From assembly GCA_965216295.1 (NCBI GenBank), contig OZ244141.1:295671-359670 (forward strand): DNA of 64,000 nucleotides, given 5' to 3'. The stretch is from Minisyncoccota bacterium. Lineage in GTDB: Bacteria > Patescibacteriota > Minisyncoccia > Phycocordibacterales > JABAAK01. Position numbers and translations under genes: made by a program. The notes under the pieces were generated by a model. The model made no database searches. It was not told the DNA's origin and saw nothing but the letters and a program-made list of their open reading frames with translations. Shown here one piece after another: positions 8,725-17,937 of the stretch (position 1 is the first letter of the stretch; every line of letters begins with the position of its first letter).

Positions 8725-9024
8725 TTACTGCCTAAATCGGTCATAGTATTCTTTATCAGTGACAAGACCGCCATAGGGAAGTCGACATTCTCCTGATTGT
8801 CCTCCTTGTGCATCTTCAACAATGTTGTAAATACCATTATTCTCATCAACACACCAAACAGCAGCAGGCGCTGCACGTTGCACTGAACCACCATTTTCAG
8901 TTTGATTATCTATCGCAAAATGATCTGCGACAAGCACTACGATGCCGATGACAAAGACAACAACGGCAACTGCTATTATGCTATAGCGCATGGACATAAC
9001 AACTTTACTGTACCGTACCCCCAC
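8725..9024 (-). CDS. small membrane-anchored hypothetical protein
   Basis: 99-aa ORF with a hydrophobic stretch IIAVAVVVFVIGIVVLV. It lies intergenic between pyrB and trxB. The start is uncertain. Confidence 0.3.
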   Translation of the reverse strand: MGVRYSKVVMSMRYSIIAVAVVVFVIGIVVLVADHFAIDNQTENGGSVQRAAPAAVWCVDENNGIYNIVEDAQGGQSGECRLPYGGLVTDKEYYDRFRQ

Positions 9025-9041
9025 AGAGAAAGCAAGAGAAG

Positions 9042-9989
9042 TTACGCACCTCCATGTAATTGCAAATAGGCATGTTCTAACGCTTTCACTGCATCACCAG
9101 CTGCTATATTATTTTGATGAAAGATACCATCGGTACAATCTCCAGCAGCCCAAATACGGGCATGACTTGATTGTTGTGTTTTCGGATCAACAACAACACG
9201 TTGTATACCATCAAGTGTCACGAGATCTTTGAGAAGGGAAGTTTCAGGAATCAACCCTATCTCAACAAATACCCCTTGTACAGAAATTGTTTCTTCTTTA
9301 CCACTCTCTTTGTTGACATAGGTAAGCCCAGAGAGAAGTGTTTTACCAAGTATCTCTTTCGTGTCTACATTACCCAATGCTTTCATGCGCGGATGGGCAC
9401 ATACCTTTTCAACCGTAATAGCATCTGCTTTAAAGGCTGTGTGACGGTGGAGAAGGGTAACACTCTTTGCATATGCCAATAGCTGTGCTGCTGTTTCAAA
9501 TCCAGCGTTACCACCACCGATAACCGCGACATCTTTATCAGCAAATAGTGGTCCATCACACGAGGCGCAGTAGGTAAGTCCTTTATGTTCAAATGTATCA
9601 GCTCCGGGAACATTCAATTTCCGACGAGTCGATCCAGTGGCAAGGAAAATACCTTTTGCAGTAACCTGTGAACCATCTTTCAGGGTGATTGTTAACGTAT
9701 CACCGTTATCAACAATGGCAGTTGCTTTTTGTTTCTGTATTACGAATCGAGCACTTTCGTATGCACGAAGATGTTCTTGAAATGATTTTGCAAGATCACT
9801 ACCACTAATACTCTTTGTCCCTATCCAGTTTTCAATAGCAGGGGAGACAATACTTTGACCACCAAACTCTTCTACAATACAGACGGTATTGAGTTGTTTT
9901 CGTGCCGCGTAAATACCCGCCGCAGTCCCCGCTGGACCGCCACCGATAATCGCAATATCAACTATTTCCATAGGTTTGAAATGTTCCAC
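9042..9989 (-). CDS. trxB: thioredoxin-disulfide reductase
   Basis: 315 aa. FAD motif IIGGGPAGTAA, redox-active CASCDG (CxxC), and NAD(P)H motif VIGGGNAG. Confidence 0.85.
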   Translation of the reverse strand: MEHFKPMEIVDIAIIGGGPAGTAAGIYAARKQLNTVCIVEEFGGQSIVSPAIENWIGTKSISGSDLAKSFQEHLRAYESARFVIQKQKATAIVDNGDTLTITLKDGSQVTAKGIFLATGSTRRKLNVPGADTFEHKGLTYCASCDGPLFADKDVAVIGGGNAGFETAAQLLAYAKSVTLLHRHTAFKADAITVEKVCAHPRMKALGNVDTKEILGKTLLSGLTYVNKESGKEETISVQGVFVEIGLIPETSLLKDLVTLDGIQRVVVDPKTQQSSHARIWAAGDCTDGIFHQNNIAAGDAVKALEHAYLQLHGGA

Positions 9990-11155
9990 TCACTACGATG
10001 ACCGCGAGGCTTTACCTTAACATTTTCATCATGATCGTCATCATCATCAAATGATATATCTTCTTCTGTTTGATTTGGTGTGAACGTATCATCAATGAGT
10101 TCAACATCATCACTTTGGTTTGGCTGTTTTTTCTTGAATGCAGTTGGTATAAGAGAATTTGCCCCGTCTTTGTTTTTTTGAATAACATCAACGTCAGGAA
10201 ATGAAGTGGCAATAACGGTAACACGTATCTCACCTTGACGAAGATTCTTGTCCGTTGATGTTCCAAAGATAATACGAGCATTTGGATCAACAGATTCAGT
10301 AACACCTTGAGCGATAGTTTGGACCTCATCCATACTAATATCACGACGACTTCGTGATGCGATAGAGAAGAGAATGCGTTGCGCACCGCGGATAGAAATA
10401 TCAAGAAGTGGTGAGGAAGTTGCCCTTTGAACAGCGACTTCTGCACGACTTGCTCCTTTTGCCAATCCAATACCCATAAGAGCTGTACCGGAATTCTGCA
10501 TAATAGTTCGCACATCTGCAAAGTCAACGTTAATATCACCTGGATTGGTAATTAAGTCGGTAATCCCACGAACAGCTTTTAAGAGTACATCATCACTCAT
10601 AGCAAAGGCATCTGCCATACTAGTCTTCTTCTCAGATGCTTTCAAAATGTTGTCGTTTGGAATGACAATAATAGCATCACAGTTCTGAGAAAGTTCCGCA
10701 ATTCCTTCTTCGGCAAGTGCTACTCGTTTACCTCCCTCAAAACTAAATGGGCGAGTGATAACAGCAATCGTCAAGACACCGAGTTCTTTTGCTATCTTTG
10801 CAACGATAGGGCCAGCACCAGTACCAGTTCCACCACCCATACCACAGGCAACAAACACAAGATCTGCCCCTTTAATCATTTCAAGAATTTCATCAGACGC
10901 TTCTTCGGCAGCAGTGCGACCAATATTTGCGTTCATTCCTGTTCCGAGTCCTCGAGTGAGTTTGCTTCCGAGGTGTATTTTTTTACCTGCCTTCGATTGT
11001 TCAAGATCTTGAGAATCTGTATTTGCAACAATAAATTCAACACCAGCAATTCCCGACCGTATCATATGATTGGTTGCATTTTTACCAGAACCACCAATAC
11101 CAAACACTCGAATACGTGCAAATGTTTCCTCCTCAGGAAGCCTGATTTTTTTCAT
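9962..11155 (-). CDS. ftsZ: cell division GTPase FtsZ
   Basis: Tubulin signature GMGGGTGTGAGPIVAKIAK. The ORF track starts at a GTG at 11164; ATG (MKKIRL) at 11155 is preferred. Lies downstream of ftsA. Confidence 0.9.
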   Translation of the reverse strand: MKKIRLPEEETFARIRVFGIGGSGKNATNHMIRSGIAGVEFIVANTDSQDLEQSKAGKKIHLGSKLTRGLGTGMNANIGRTAAEEASDEILEMIKGADLVFVACGMGGGTGTGAGPIVAKIAKELGVLTIAVITRPFSFEGGKRVALAEEGIAELSQNCDAIIVIPNDNILKASEKKTSMADAFAMSDDVLLKAVRGITDLITNPGDINVDFADVRTIMQNSGTALMGIGLAKGASRAEVAVQRATSSPLLDISIRGAQRILFSIASRSRRDISMDEVQTIAQGVTESVDPNARIIFGTSTDKNLRQGEIRVTVIATSFPDVDVIQKNKDGANSLIPTAFKKKQPNQSDDVELIDDTFTPNQTEEDISFDDDDDHDENVKVKPRGHRSEWNISNLWK

Positions 11156-11242
11156 ATACACCACTATACCCCATATACCATAATTGTAAAATCGTTCTCA
11201 ATGGAAAAAAAGACACACAAAAATGTGATTTTTAATCACCGA

Positions 11243-12424
11243 TTAACTCACCTCATCGCTCACACGCGAGAGAAACTTCATAAATCGTTGAAAAAAACCA
11301 TCATCTTTCACTACTTTATGTTTTTTATGTGACCCTCCTGCGTCACACATCAGAGCATAACTAGTATTCCATATTGTTGGTGGCGTTGTCGTGTCAGTAA
11401 CAACACGAATATCTTTTTTTATTTTCGTATAGAGACCAACAGTATCAGAGAGTAGCTCAGGAAACTCTGGAAAGAGGCTTCCACCACCAATCAGAGTAAT
11501 GCCACCAGGGAATAGTTTATGAGTATCAATATCTTTCACATATGAAGCGATTTCTCGTGCGATGGAGAGGCGGTAAGTACTGAGCGCTTTTTGCAACGCA
11601 ATCTTGGGAAGTGGAGATTCTTTGTTGATATATTCTCGTTTCAATCGCTCTGCTTCTTGAACATTCACTCGCAGGGCAAGCGCAATGGCATTAGTGATTG
11701 ATGAACCACCAGCAGAGAGTGATCGTGCTCCAATTAAAACACCTCGTCTCCATATTGCTATGTTCGTAACATCAGCTCCGATGTCAACCACAACAGCCCC
11801 TATCTCACAATCCTCTTCAGAGATGAGCGTTTTGGTTGTTAAGGGAGATGGGATAATGGCATGTTCAACAACCAACGGTTCAAGGATTTTTTGGATAGCT
11901 TGAAGAGTTGCATTGGGATAGAGGAGACACCCATACTCTATTTCAATAGAACGTCGTGCTAAAGAGTCTTGGTAGGTGTGAGTTACATCGACACCGTCAA
12001 TGAGGATACTGATTGGTTCAATGGTGACAAAGAAATACTTTGGATAATCTTTCTGCAACTGTTCTTGTATTCTACTAACAAGTTGTTCCATGTAGTTTTC
12101 TCCAAAGACCATTGGTCGTTTGAGGTGGTGCTTCTTTTTTTTCCTGATAAACTGAGTGGCTGGATGACTTATCGACGCATAGATGGAATCAATCGGGGTA
12201 CCAATTTTTCCTTGCGTTACTTGGAGTGCGTGTTCAATTGCTTTTTTCAAAAAAGCTGGTTTTCGAATGGTACTTGCATGCATTCCTTTCGAAGTAACAA
12301 TCGTTCCTTCAAATGTCTCTCGTGCAGATGGTGTGTTTGGTGTGTCAGGTACTTGGTTGACGAGTACTTTGATAAAACCATTACCAATATCAAGTATTGC
12401 TGTTCCATGTTTTACCTTTCCCAT
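11243..12424 (-). CDS. ftsA: cell division protein FtsA (actin-like ATPase)
   Basis: 393 aa with actin-fold phosphate motifs (VVDIGADVTNIAIW, LIGGGS), sitting immediately upstream of ftsZ. Confidence 0.75.
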   Translation of the reverse strand: MGKVKHGTAILDIGNGFIKVLVNQVPDTPNTPSARETFEGTIVTSKGMHASTIRKPAFLKKAIEHALQVTQGKIGTPIDSIYASISHPATQFIRKKKKHHLKRPMVFGENYMEQLVSRIQEQLQKDYPKYFFVTIEPISILIDGVDVTHTYQDSLARRSIEIEYGCLLYPNATLQAIQKILEPLVVEHAIIPSPLTTKTLISEEDCEIGAVVVDIGADVTNIAIWRRGVLIGARSLSAGGSSITNAIALALRVNVQEAERLKREYINKESPLPKIALQKALSTYRLSIAREIASYVKDIDTHKLFPGGITLIGGGSLFPEFPELLSDTVGLYTKIKKDIRVVTDTTTPPTIWNTSYALMCDAGGSHKKHKVVKDDGFFQRFMKFLSRVSDEVS

Positions 12425-12429
12425 ACACG

Positions 12430-12846
12430 TTATAACAAACGAGCGGCATAGTGAGATTCTAGTTTTTCCATCTTCTCTCCATGCTTATAGCCTCGTATAT
12501 GGAGAATACCATGGATGATTAAAAACCCCACGTACCATTTGAGTGACACACCTTGTGTGTGTGCTTCTTTTTTTGCAAGAGGCAGGTTGATAAAAATTTC
12601 CCCAAGAGTACTTTTCTGTGCATTTTTTCCGACAGCCAGTTCATCAAAGGAGAATGTGAGTATGTTTGTTGGTGTGTCTTTCTTCCTATACACTCGGTTG
12701 AGTGTGCGTGAATAGACATCACCGATAAAAATAATGTGGAGAGAGGTTTTGTGTGTGAGCAATGTTGTGCCAAGAGCACGATACGGTACTCGCGGAGTTG
12801 GTTGTTTTGTTGTATTAAACAGCGTAACTGAATTGACCTGTGTCAC
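12430..12846 (-). CDS. ybeY: rRNA maturation endoribonuclease YbeY
   Basis: 138 aa with the HGILHIRGYKH (HxxxHxxGxxH) zinc motif of the UPF0054/YbeY family. Confidence 0.8.
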   Translation of the reverse strand: MTQVNSVTLFNTTKQPTPRVPYRALGTTLLTHKTSLHIIFIGDVYSRTLNRVYRKKDTPTNILTFSFDELAVGKNAQKSTLGEIFINLPLAKKEAHTQGVSLKWYVGFLIIHGILHIRGYKHGEKMEKLESHYAARLL

Positions 12847-12858
12847 AGTGGTAGAAAA

Positions 12859-13161
12859 CTAAAAACGCTTCTGGTTATTCGATGATCGATGAGATGAAAT
12901 ATTTGAAACCTTACCCATGCGGTAGAGAAGTTCATAGTTAGTTTTTCGTCGCAATTTATTGATACAGTTCTTTTTACGCACTGCTTTTGAAGGGAGCCGT
13001 GTACGGAATTTGTTTTGCTTTAATGAAAGGGCAATGCCAGAAATCTTCATTTTCTTTGAAAAACGTCGATAGAGTGAATTAACGTTCTCATCGCTTTTGC
13101 GTTCAACAATAATATTATATTTTCCTTCTCTCATAGATACGCTGAAAAGTGTAACACGCAC
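12859..13161 (-). CDS. rpsU: 30S ribosomal protein bS21 (start probably the internal ATG at 13134)
   Basis: The basic small protein aligns in pattern with bS21 (VERKSDENVNSLYRRFSKKM ... RKKNCINKLRRK). Confidence 0.6.
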   Translation of the reverse strand: MRVTLFSVSMREGKYNIIVERKSDENVNSLYRRFSKKMKISGIALSLKQNKFRTRLPSKAVRKKNCINKLRRKTNYELLYRMGKVSNISSHRSSNNQKRF

Positions 13162-13168
13162 ACAACGA

Positions 13169-14338
13169 TTAGTGCAAATATTTCTTTAATGTATCCAATC
13201 TATTCAATGAGATAGTGGTAAAAGCATGCGTGTCAGTTCGCCGCATACGAATAACACCACTTTCTAATTCTTTTTGACCAAAGATGAGGATAAAAGGATA
13301 CTTTCTCCCATCTTCTTCAAGCTGTTGTTTCATCTGCGTGTAGTGAAGACGGTGGGTCACTGCAATGTCATGTTTGTATAATTCTCCTAATAGTGAGAGT
13401 ACTTTGAAACGTGCCTGTGGTCCTACGTGGATAAAGAATATTTTTGCTGCGGAAGATTTCTTTTTCTTTGGTTGATGTTTTCCAACGGTTTTTTCAGGAA
13501 CAGAAATAGTAACTGAACTAATGGGAATAGTGCGACGGTAAAGTGTCATCGGTAATGTGTCATAGCGCGCACCATGAGCGTGCAACGTTGCATCTTCACT
13601 AACAATTTCAAAAATAGTATGAACCCCTTGATTCGTTTGAGTGACTAACTCAGGGGCAAGATCGTAGGGAATAGGGTAGGCATCAAGGTATTCCAATACT
13701 GATTTAAACTTTGTGTTTGCTGATTCTGATAGGAAACGCAATGTGGTTAATATTTTCTCTTGTAATTCCATGTGATCTTCATCAAAAATTAATCGATGAG
13801 CGTCAACGATAGATTCCCGACACAGACGTGCACACTCATTGGACATAAGGGGGCTGTGTTTTTGAAGTGTTTTGTGGAGAAGAGAGAAGTATTTTTCTGA
13901 GGTATTTCGATCACCCATAGAATTTAATCGAACGAGTATTTCCTTTGAACGCATCTGTTCCATAATCTGATATCCCGTGGTAATGAGAAGTGCATCAACG
14001 AATGGGTCGGTAATACCGATAGCGGTTAGCGTGAAGTGTGCGTCAATACTCCTATGCGGTACGGTAATGACAGGTCGTGTTTCACAATCAACAGTGCTAT
14101 GGAAAATAAAGAGCGGGACTTTTTCAAATTGCAGTCGTCGTTCAAAGTAAAAATGAAGAATAGAAGCGAGTTCTCCAATGGTTCCGCATCGGGGTACGGC
14201 TCCTCGAGAAGCAACAGTGGTATGTGGTATTCCTTTGTACTGTTGTACAACCTCGTGGAGAGGGGAAAACCCACTTGCAAGAGCAATACCACGTCCAGTT
14301 TCAAAAAGTTGTACTGCTGAGTGTTGTGTGCGAGACAT
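13169..14338 (-). CDS. hisS: histidine--tRNA ligase (class II), divergent N-terminus
   Basis: Carries the HisRS-specific GARYD motif, a HisA-region pattern (AIGITDPFVDALLI ... RLNSMGD), and a C-terminal anticodon-binding-like domain (IFGQKELESGVIRMRR). Confidence 0.65.
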   Translation of the reverse strand: MSRTQHSAVQLFETGRGIALASGFSPLHEVVQQYKGIPHTTVASRGAVPRCGTIGELASILHFYFERRLQFEKVPLFIFHSTVDCETRPVITVPHRSIDAHFTLTAIGITDPFVDALLITTGYQIMEQMRSKEILVRLNSMGDRNTSEKYFSLLHKTLQKHSPLMSNECARLCRESIVDAHRLIFDEDHMELQEKILTTLRFLSESANTKFKSVLEYLDAYPIPYDLAPELVTQTNQGVHTIFEIVSEDATLHAHGARYDTLPMTLYRRTIPISSVTISVPEKTVGKHQPKKKKSSAAKIFFIHVGPQARFKVLSLLGELYKHDIAVTHRLHYTQMKQQLEEDGRKYPFILIFGQKELESGVIRMRRTDTHAFTTISLNRLDTLKKYLH

Positions 14339-14343
14339 AGAGG

Positions 14344-14991
14344 CTATGGGTTGTTGACTGAAAAAGAGTGGGATCCAGGATAGACACCAATCTCAGAGAA
14401 TGGGTAGAGGCGTAAAAAGACCTTGCCAATGATAGCTTCTTGCGTTATTGTTCCCCAGAAACGAGAATCAAAACTGTTATTCCGATTGTCACCGAGCAAG
14501 AAATACTCTGTTGCATCGAGTGTTACTTTCAATGGTGTGTAGGTGAGCACTTCACTGCTCTTGAGGTAGGGTTCTTCAAGTTGGAAAACTTCTCCTCCAC
14601 TTGGAGTGATATAGATAGCATTGTTGGTGAAGCGGAGTGTGTCACCAGGTATCCCGATGATGCGCTTCAAGAGATATTTTGCAGTTCCTTTTTGTGGTGG
14701 TGGAGAGAATATGACGACGTCACCACGATGTGGTTCATTAAATCGATATCGTAAAAGTTCAACAACAAGATAGTCACCAACGACTGAGTCATTTTTATTA
14801 AACGTGGGATACATAGAACTTCCCTCAACGATGAATGGTCGTGCGATGAAACCCCATACCAATAGTGCAACGATGATACCGATGAGAATTGGGGAGAATT
14901 GTTTTATAAAAGAAACAAAAAAAATAGATTTCTTGTCAAGAGATACTGTCGTTTCTTCTTTCAATGTCTCTGTAGTATGTGTTGTGTCCAT
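14344..14991 (-). CDS. lepB: signal peptidase I
   Basis: 215 aa with an N-terminal TM, the catalytic Ser box GSSMYPTF, and the C-terminal GDNRNNSFDSRFWG box. Confidence 0.85.
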   Translation of the reverse strand: MDTTHTTETLKEETTVSLDKKSIFFVSFIKQFSPILIGIIVALLVWGFIARPFIVEGSSMYPTFNKNDSVVGDYLVVELLRYRFNEPHRGDVVIFSPPPQKGTAKYLLKRIIGIPGDTLRFTNNAIYITPSGGEVFQLEEPYLKSSEVLTYTPLKVTLDATEYFLLGDNRNNSFDSRFWGTITQEAIIGKVFLRLYPFSEIGVYPGSHSFSVNNP

Positions 14992-15069
14992 GTTTCATTA
15001 CCATACCACAGAGACTATGGTTTTTCAAATGAAATAATGTCACAACACCACAGAAGGTATACTGTCTAC

Positions 15070-15636
15070 ATGACACATCTCGTTCTTCTTGGTCTTGGTA
15101 ATCCAGATGAGTATCGTTGTACCCGTCACAATATTGGAAAAGACTTTGTGGAAGCAATGGGAGTTTGTGCGGGGATAACATGGCAAGACATTGGTAAGGG
15201 AAAAATTGGTTCCACAGAAGAAATTGATGCAAAAAAAAGAAAACGAGAAGTTACCTTTGTTGTTTCCACTGGCTTTATGAACAACACTGGCAGAGATGTA
15301 GCCAACATACTCAATACTGTATCGCTTGAAAAGCTTTTTGTCGTGCACGATGATGCCGATTTACCAGTAGGAACGGTACGTTTATCAGTTGGTGGGAGTG
15401 CTGGTGGTCACAAGGGAGTACAATCAATCATTGATTTTATCGGAACAGAAGATTTTACTCGCTTACGAGTTGGTATTGGTAGGGGAACACCTATGGAAAA
15501 ATTTGTCTTAGAGCGTTTTACGCACGATGAGTTTTTATGTATCACACAAGCACTGCAAGAGAAGGTGGCCGAGACCTTTTCCGAGTACATCACTTGTGGT
15601 GTGCAACGAGCAATGACGTGGTGCAATACGAAGTAA
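15070..15636 (+). CDS. pth: peptidyl-tRNA hydrolase
   Basis: Begins MTHLVLLGLGNPDEYRCTRHNIG, the Pth signature. The longer upstream TTG-initiated extension in the ORF track is rejected. Confidence 0.85.
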   Translation: MTHLVLLGLGNPDEYRCTRHNIGKDFVEAMGVCAGITWQDIGKGKIGSTEEIDAKKRKREVTFVVSTGFMNNTGRDVANILNTVSLEKLFVVHDDADLPVGTVRLSVGGSAGGHKGVQSIIDFIGTEDFTRLRVGIGRGTPMEKFVLERFTHDEFLCITQALQEKVAETFSEYITCGVQRAMTWCNTK

Positions 15637-16866
15637 CTACTTTTCGACACTTGCGCTACTTTCAGCAAAGGCAGATTTCGTTGTCTTATCGTTTTTATCC
15701 TTCAGCGTAAGGGTCAGTTTTTGCATTCCTGGATCAAAGTTTAGAATGACAAATTGATAACTCTTACCAATCTCTAAGTTTTCACGAAGATGTTCTTCAT
15801 CATCGTAACAAGAAACATGGATTAATCCAGTGACACCTGCTTCGATAGAAGCAAAAGCACCAAATGAACCACATTTAATGATGACTCCTGAGACGGCGTC
15901 ACCAACTTTATATCGAGTGCCGGCATCTTCCCACGGATTTGTATGCAATGCCTTAATAGAAAGTGAGTACTTACCATCTTGAACGTCAATAATTTTTACC
16001 ATCACCTGATCGCCAACGTTGTAGAAACGACGAGGATCATCAACTAAGCCCCAGTCCATTTCAGAGATGTGGACGAGTCCTTCAACAGCATCATCAATTC
16101 TGATAAAGACACCAAAATCAACGACACCGGTGACGACTCCTGGTTTCACATCACTCACCTTGTAGACTGTTTTTGTTTCTTTATCGTCTCCTTCTTCACC
16201 ATCGGCACCGCTAGCTTTTTGTTTGTGTTCGGAGAAGATAAGGTCATCATTCTTTATATCAATACTCATAATAACCACAGAGAGTTTCTTGGTAATGAGT
16301 TTTTTCAATTCATTCAAGATTGCATCCTTATTCGCATTCAATACCTTTGGATAATGTTTTTCTGAGAGTTGTGAAGCGGGGAGGAATCCTCGAATACCAT
16401 TCCATTCCATGATAAGGCCACCACGGTTTGCATTTTTCACAGTCACTTCGTATGTTCTACCATCTGCCATTGATCGTTCTGCTTCACTCCATATGAGAGC
16501 CTTGCGTGCTTCTTTCAAAGATAAATCAATATATCCCTCGTCTGTTTCTAGTGCGATAATCTTTGCAGAGATACTATCTCCCACTTTTATCTTACGCAAA
16601 ATCTCTTTTGCTAACAGGAATTCCCGCCCATAGATAACTCCCGTTCCAATAGGTGAGAGGTCAATGTAGACTGCTGAGCGATCAATGTTCACGACAGCAC
16701 CTTCAACGACGTCACCGACGCGATAGTATGGTACCAAGGTATCTTCAGCACCCTCAGCATTTTCAACGTTCTTAGTGTTTTCAATGTTTTCAGCACCATC
16801 AGCATTCTCAGTACCTTCAGTATTTTCAGTGTTTTCTTGTTGTTCTTGTATTTCTTCTACTTGCAT
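15637..16866 (-). CDS. rpsA: 30S ribosomal protein bS1 (multi-S1-domain) with acidic repetitive N-terminus
   Basis: 409 aa with several S1/OB domains (GDVVEGAVVNIDRSAVYID..., GDAVSGVIIKCGSFGAFASI...). The N-terminal ENTENTEGTENADGAEN low-complexity region is encoded by repetitive DNA. Confidence 0.75.
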   Translation of the reverse strand: MQVEEIQEQQENTENTEGTENADGAENIENTKNVENAEGAEDTLVPYYRVGDVVEGAVVNIDRSAVYIDLSPIGTGVIYGREFLLAKEILRKIKVGDSISAKIIALETDEGYIDLSLKEARKALIWSEAERSMADGRTYEVTVKNANRGGLIMEWNGIRGFLPASQLSEKHYPKVLNANKDAILNELKKLITKKLSVVIMSIDIKNDDLIFSEHKQKASGADGEEGDDKETKTVYKVSDVKPGVVTGVVDFGVFIRIDDAVEGLVHISEMDWGLVDDPRRFYNVGDQVMVKIIDVQDGKYSLSIKALHTNPWEDAGTRYKVGDAVSGVIIKCGSFGAFASIEAGVTGLIHVSCYDDEEHLRENLEIGKSYQFVILNFDPGMQKLTLTLKDKNDKTTKSAFAESSASVEK

Positions 16867-17046
16867 TGTTGTTTTTTGGGATGTAGACGGAAGCTACTGC
16901 AAAAATTGCAGGGATTACTCCACCGCCACAAAACATGAATAATAAATAGTGTCGCATATGGTGCGAATACTATTACCATTCCAGTATATCTCTATATCGG
17001 AGGTATTTGCAAATGATGGTACTGTGGGTTTACACTCTATATACAT

Positions 17047-17631
17047 ATGGAATTTCGTGCGCTGAAAAATTTTTCTCTCTTCTACAAGCATGCCGATAGT
17101 ATTGTCCTTTTCAATCCTGCAAAAAATGAGATTAAAAAAAAGGACGAAACGATATCCCTTTTTTCTTTTTCTGTTCCAGTGTCAGGATGGGGTGAGGGGC
17201 ACACTACGGAAACATTTTGTGTGAATAGCCCTGGTGAGTATGAATATCATTCAACCACTATTCGTGGTTACGGCTCAATGACAACCATCAACGGTACACC
17301 ACTGCAAGTAACTACCTATTTGGTAAACAACGACCTCTTTCAAATTCTCTTTCTCGCTCCTCTCCAAGAGAAAGCAGTCACTGATGAATTGAGCAAACGC
17401 ATTACCACCGCTGATATTGTTGCTGTTCCGGTTGGTGCAAATGTTCTTTCTTTTGCTGATGCAACACAATTCGCTTCAAATGTGTCTGCAAAGCTGTTAC
17501 TGCCATACGGCAACGTCCTTGATGATAAGCAGATAGCAAAAGAGGTCGGTGAACGAAAAGCGGTAAGTAAGCATACCGTAAAACGACAGGATTTAGCGAC
17601 TGACACCTTGCAAACCATTGTCTTGTCGTAG
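17047..17631 (+). CDS. hypothetical protein
   Basis: 194-aa ORF with an ATG start, divergent from rpsA. No confident family call. Confidence 0.4.
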   Translation: MEFRALKNFSLFYKHADSIVLFNPAKNEIKKKDETISLFSFSVPVSGWGEGHTTETFCVNSPGEYEYHSTTIRGYGSMTTINGTPLQVTTYLVNNDLFQILFLAPLQEKAVTDELSKRITTADIVAVPVGANVLSFADATQFASNVSAKLLLPYGNVLDDKQIAKEVGERKAVSKHTVKRQDLATDTLQTIVLS

Positions 17632-17632
17632 T

Positions 17633-17902
17633 ATGTTTTTTCAAACAAAAAGAGATACAGTTTTATTTGTAAAAATTTTACTGTTTCTTGGAATACCGTG
17701 GTTTATTTTTTTCATCATTACCACTTCCTCACGGGAAACAAGTACAACGTCTGGTGAGGCAATCTTTTTTGAAGCATTGCAGGAAGCTGGAGAGTCTTTA
17801 CGAGATGACGCACAAAAGGTGCAGGCAGAGTTTGCAGAGATCATTGAACAACTACCAGAAGAAGAAATCCTGGAAGCGACAAAAAGTGAGGAAACTCCTT
17901 GA
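17633..17902 (+). CDS. small membrane protein, hypothetical
   Basis: ATG at 17633 (MFFQTKRD...). One TM (ILLFLGIPWFIFFIITT) and an acidic C-terminus. The ORF track begins at an upstream TTG. Confidence 0.35.
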   Translation: MFFQTKRDTVLFVKILLFLGIPWFIFFIITTSSRETSTTSGEAIFFEALQEAGESLRDDAQKVQAEFAEIIEQLPEEEILEATKSEETP

Positions 17903-17937
17903 TAGACGAGCCGTGATATACTGGAGATGTTACTACT

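Noticed and set aside
10012-10539. 175-aa antisense ORF inside ftsZ
   Set aside because: Shadow ORF within a highly conserved gene.
14899-15069. N-terminal 57-codon extension of pth from a TTG start
   Set aside because: Similarity to Pth begins exactly at the ATG at 15070 (MTHLVLLGLGNP). The extension overlaps lepB and is Cys/Phe-rich nonsense.
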